Assembly: GCA_016209345.1 (NCBI GenBank) | Contig: JACQWH010000011.1 | Coordinates: forward strand, 1 to 36,110 | Reading direction: 5' to 3' | Length of the DNA stretch: 36,110 nucleotides | Origin: Candidatus Uhrbacteria bacterium | GTDB lineage: Bacteria; Patescibacteriota; Patescibacteriia; JACQRZ01 | Shown here: positions 36,109 to 36,110 of the stretch, in pieces | How positions within the stretch are numbered: the stretch's first letter is position 1 | How the letters are laid out: each line of letters starts with the position of its first letter | Program-made: the position numbers and the translations under genes | Notes under the pieces: generated by a model | What the model was told of the DNA's origin: nothing | Databases searched by the model: none | Seen by the model: only the letters and a program-made list of their open reading frames with translations

Positions 36109-36110
36109 AG

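Overview
By eye this is a moderate-GC bacterial chromosome segment. Its gene content and repeat style suggest a small-genome CPR/Patescibacteria-like organism, but that is an inference and needs a database search. There are three transcription blocks: minus strand 1-4393, plus strand 4989-15904, and minus strand 15882-36110.

Most genes are housekeeping:
- Ribosome and transcription: L25/Ctc, secE-nusG-rplK-rplA.
- Translation and tRNA modification: gatB, miaA, miaB, thrS, serS, lysS.
- Replication: intein-containing gyrB, dnaE.
- Envelope and division: FtsW/RodA, an FtsQ-like protein, two GT4 glycosyltransferases.

Signals not explained by housekeeping:
1. A dispersed hairpin repeat (core GTCATCCCGCC-GAAG-GGCGGGATCCAG) has at least 11 copies. 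Two nearly identical 29-bp copies in inverted orientation tightly bracket a 96-aa GIY-YIG nuclease gene, resembling a REP/RAYT 'REPtron'. Two copies sit in frame inside miaA, and one supplies the C-terminal tail and stop codon of miaB.
2. Two large paralogous Cys-rich proteins (593 and 554 aa) sandwich an orphan gatB at the position where rplJ-rplL-rpoBC normally follows rplA. Each has homologous zinc-ribbon modules at both ends.
3. An AT-rich two-gene module at the 3' edge encodes an Rx4H HEPN-like protein plus a truncated partner, so it is a defence or toxin candidate.
4. gyrB carries a 432-aa intein closely resembling the Synechocystis GyrB intein, with an HNH-type insert.
5. Several structured intergenic elements are present: a ~150-nt near-perfect long hairpin upstream of rodA, a compound repeat region at 27.9-28.05 kb, and direct repeats at 81-126.

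No rRNA, tRNA or CRISPR array could be recognised by eye. All homology calls rest on remembered family motifs, not on searches.
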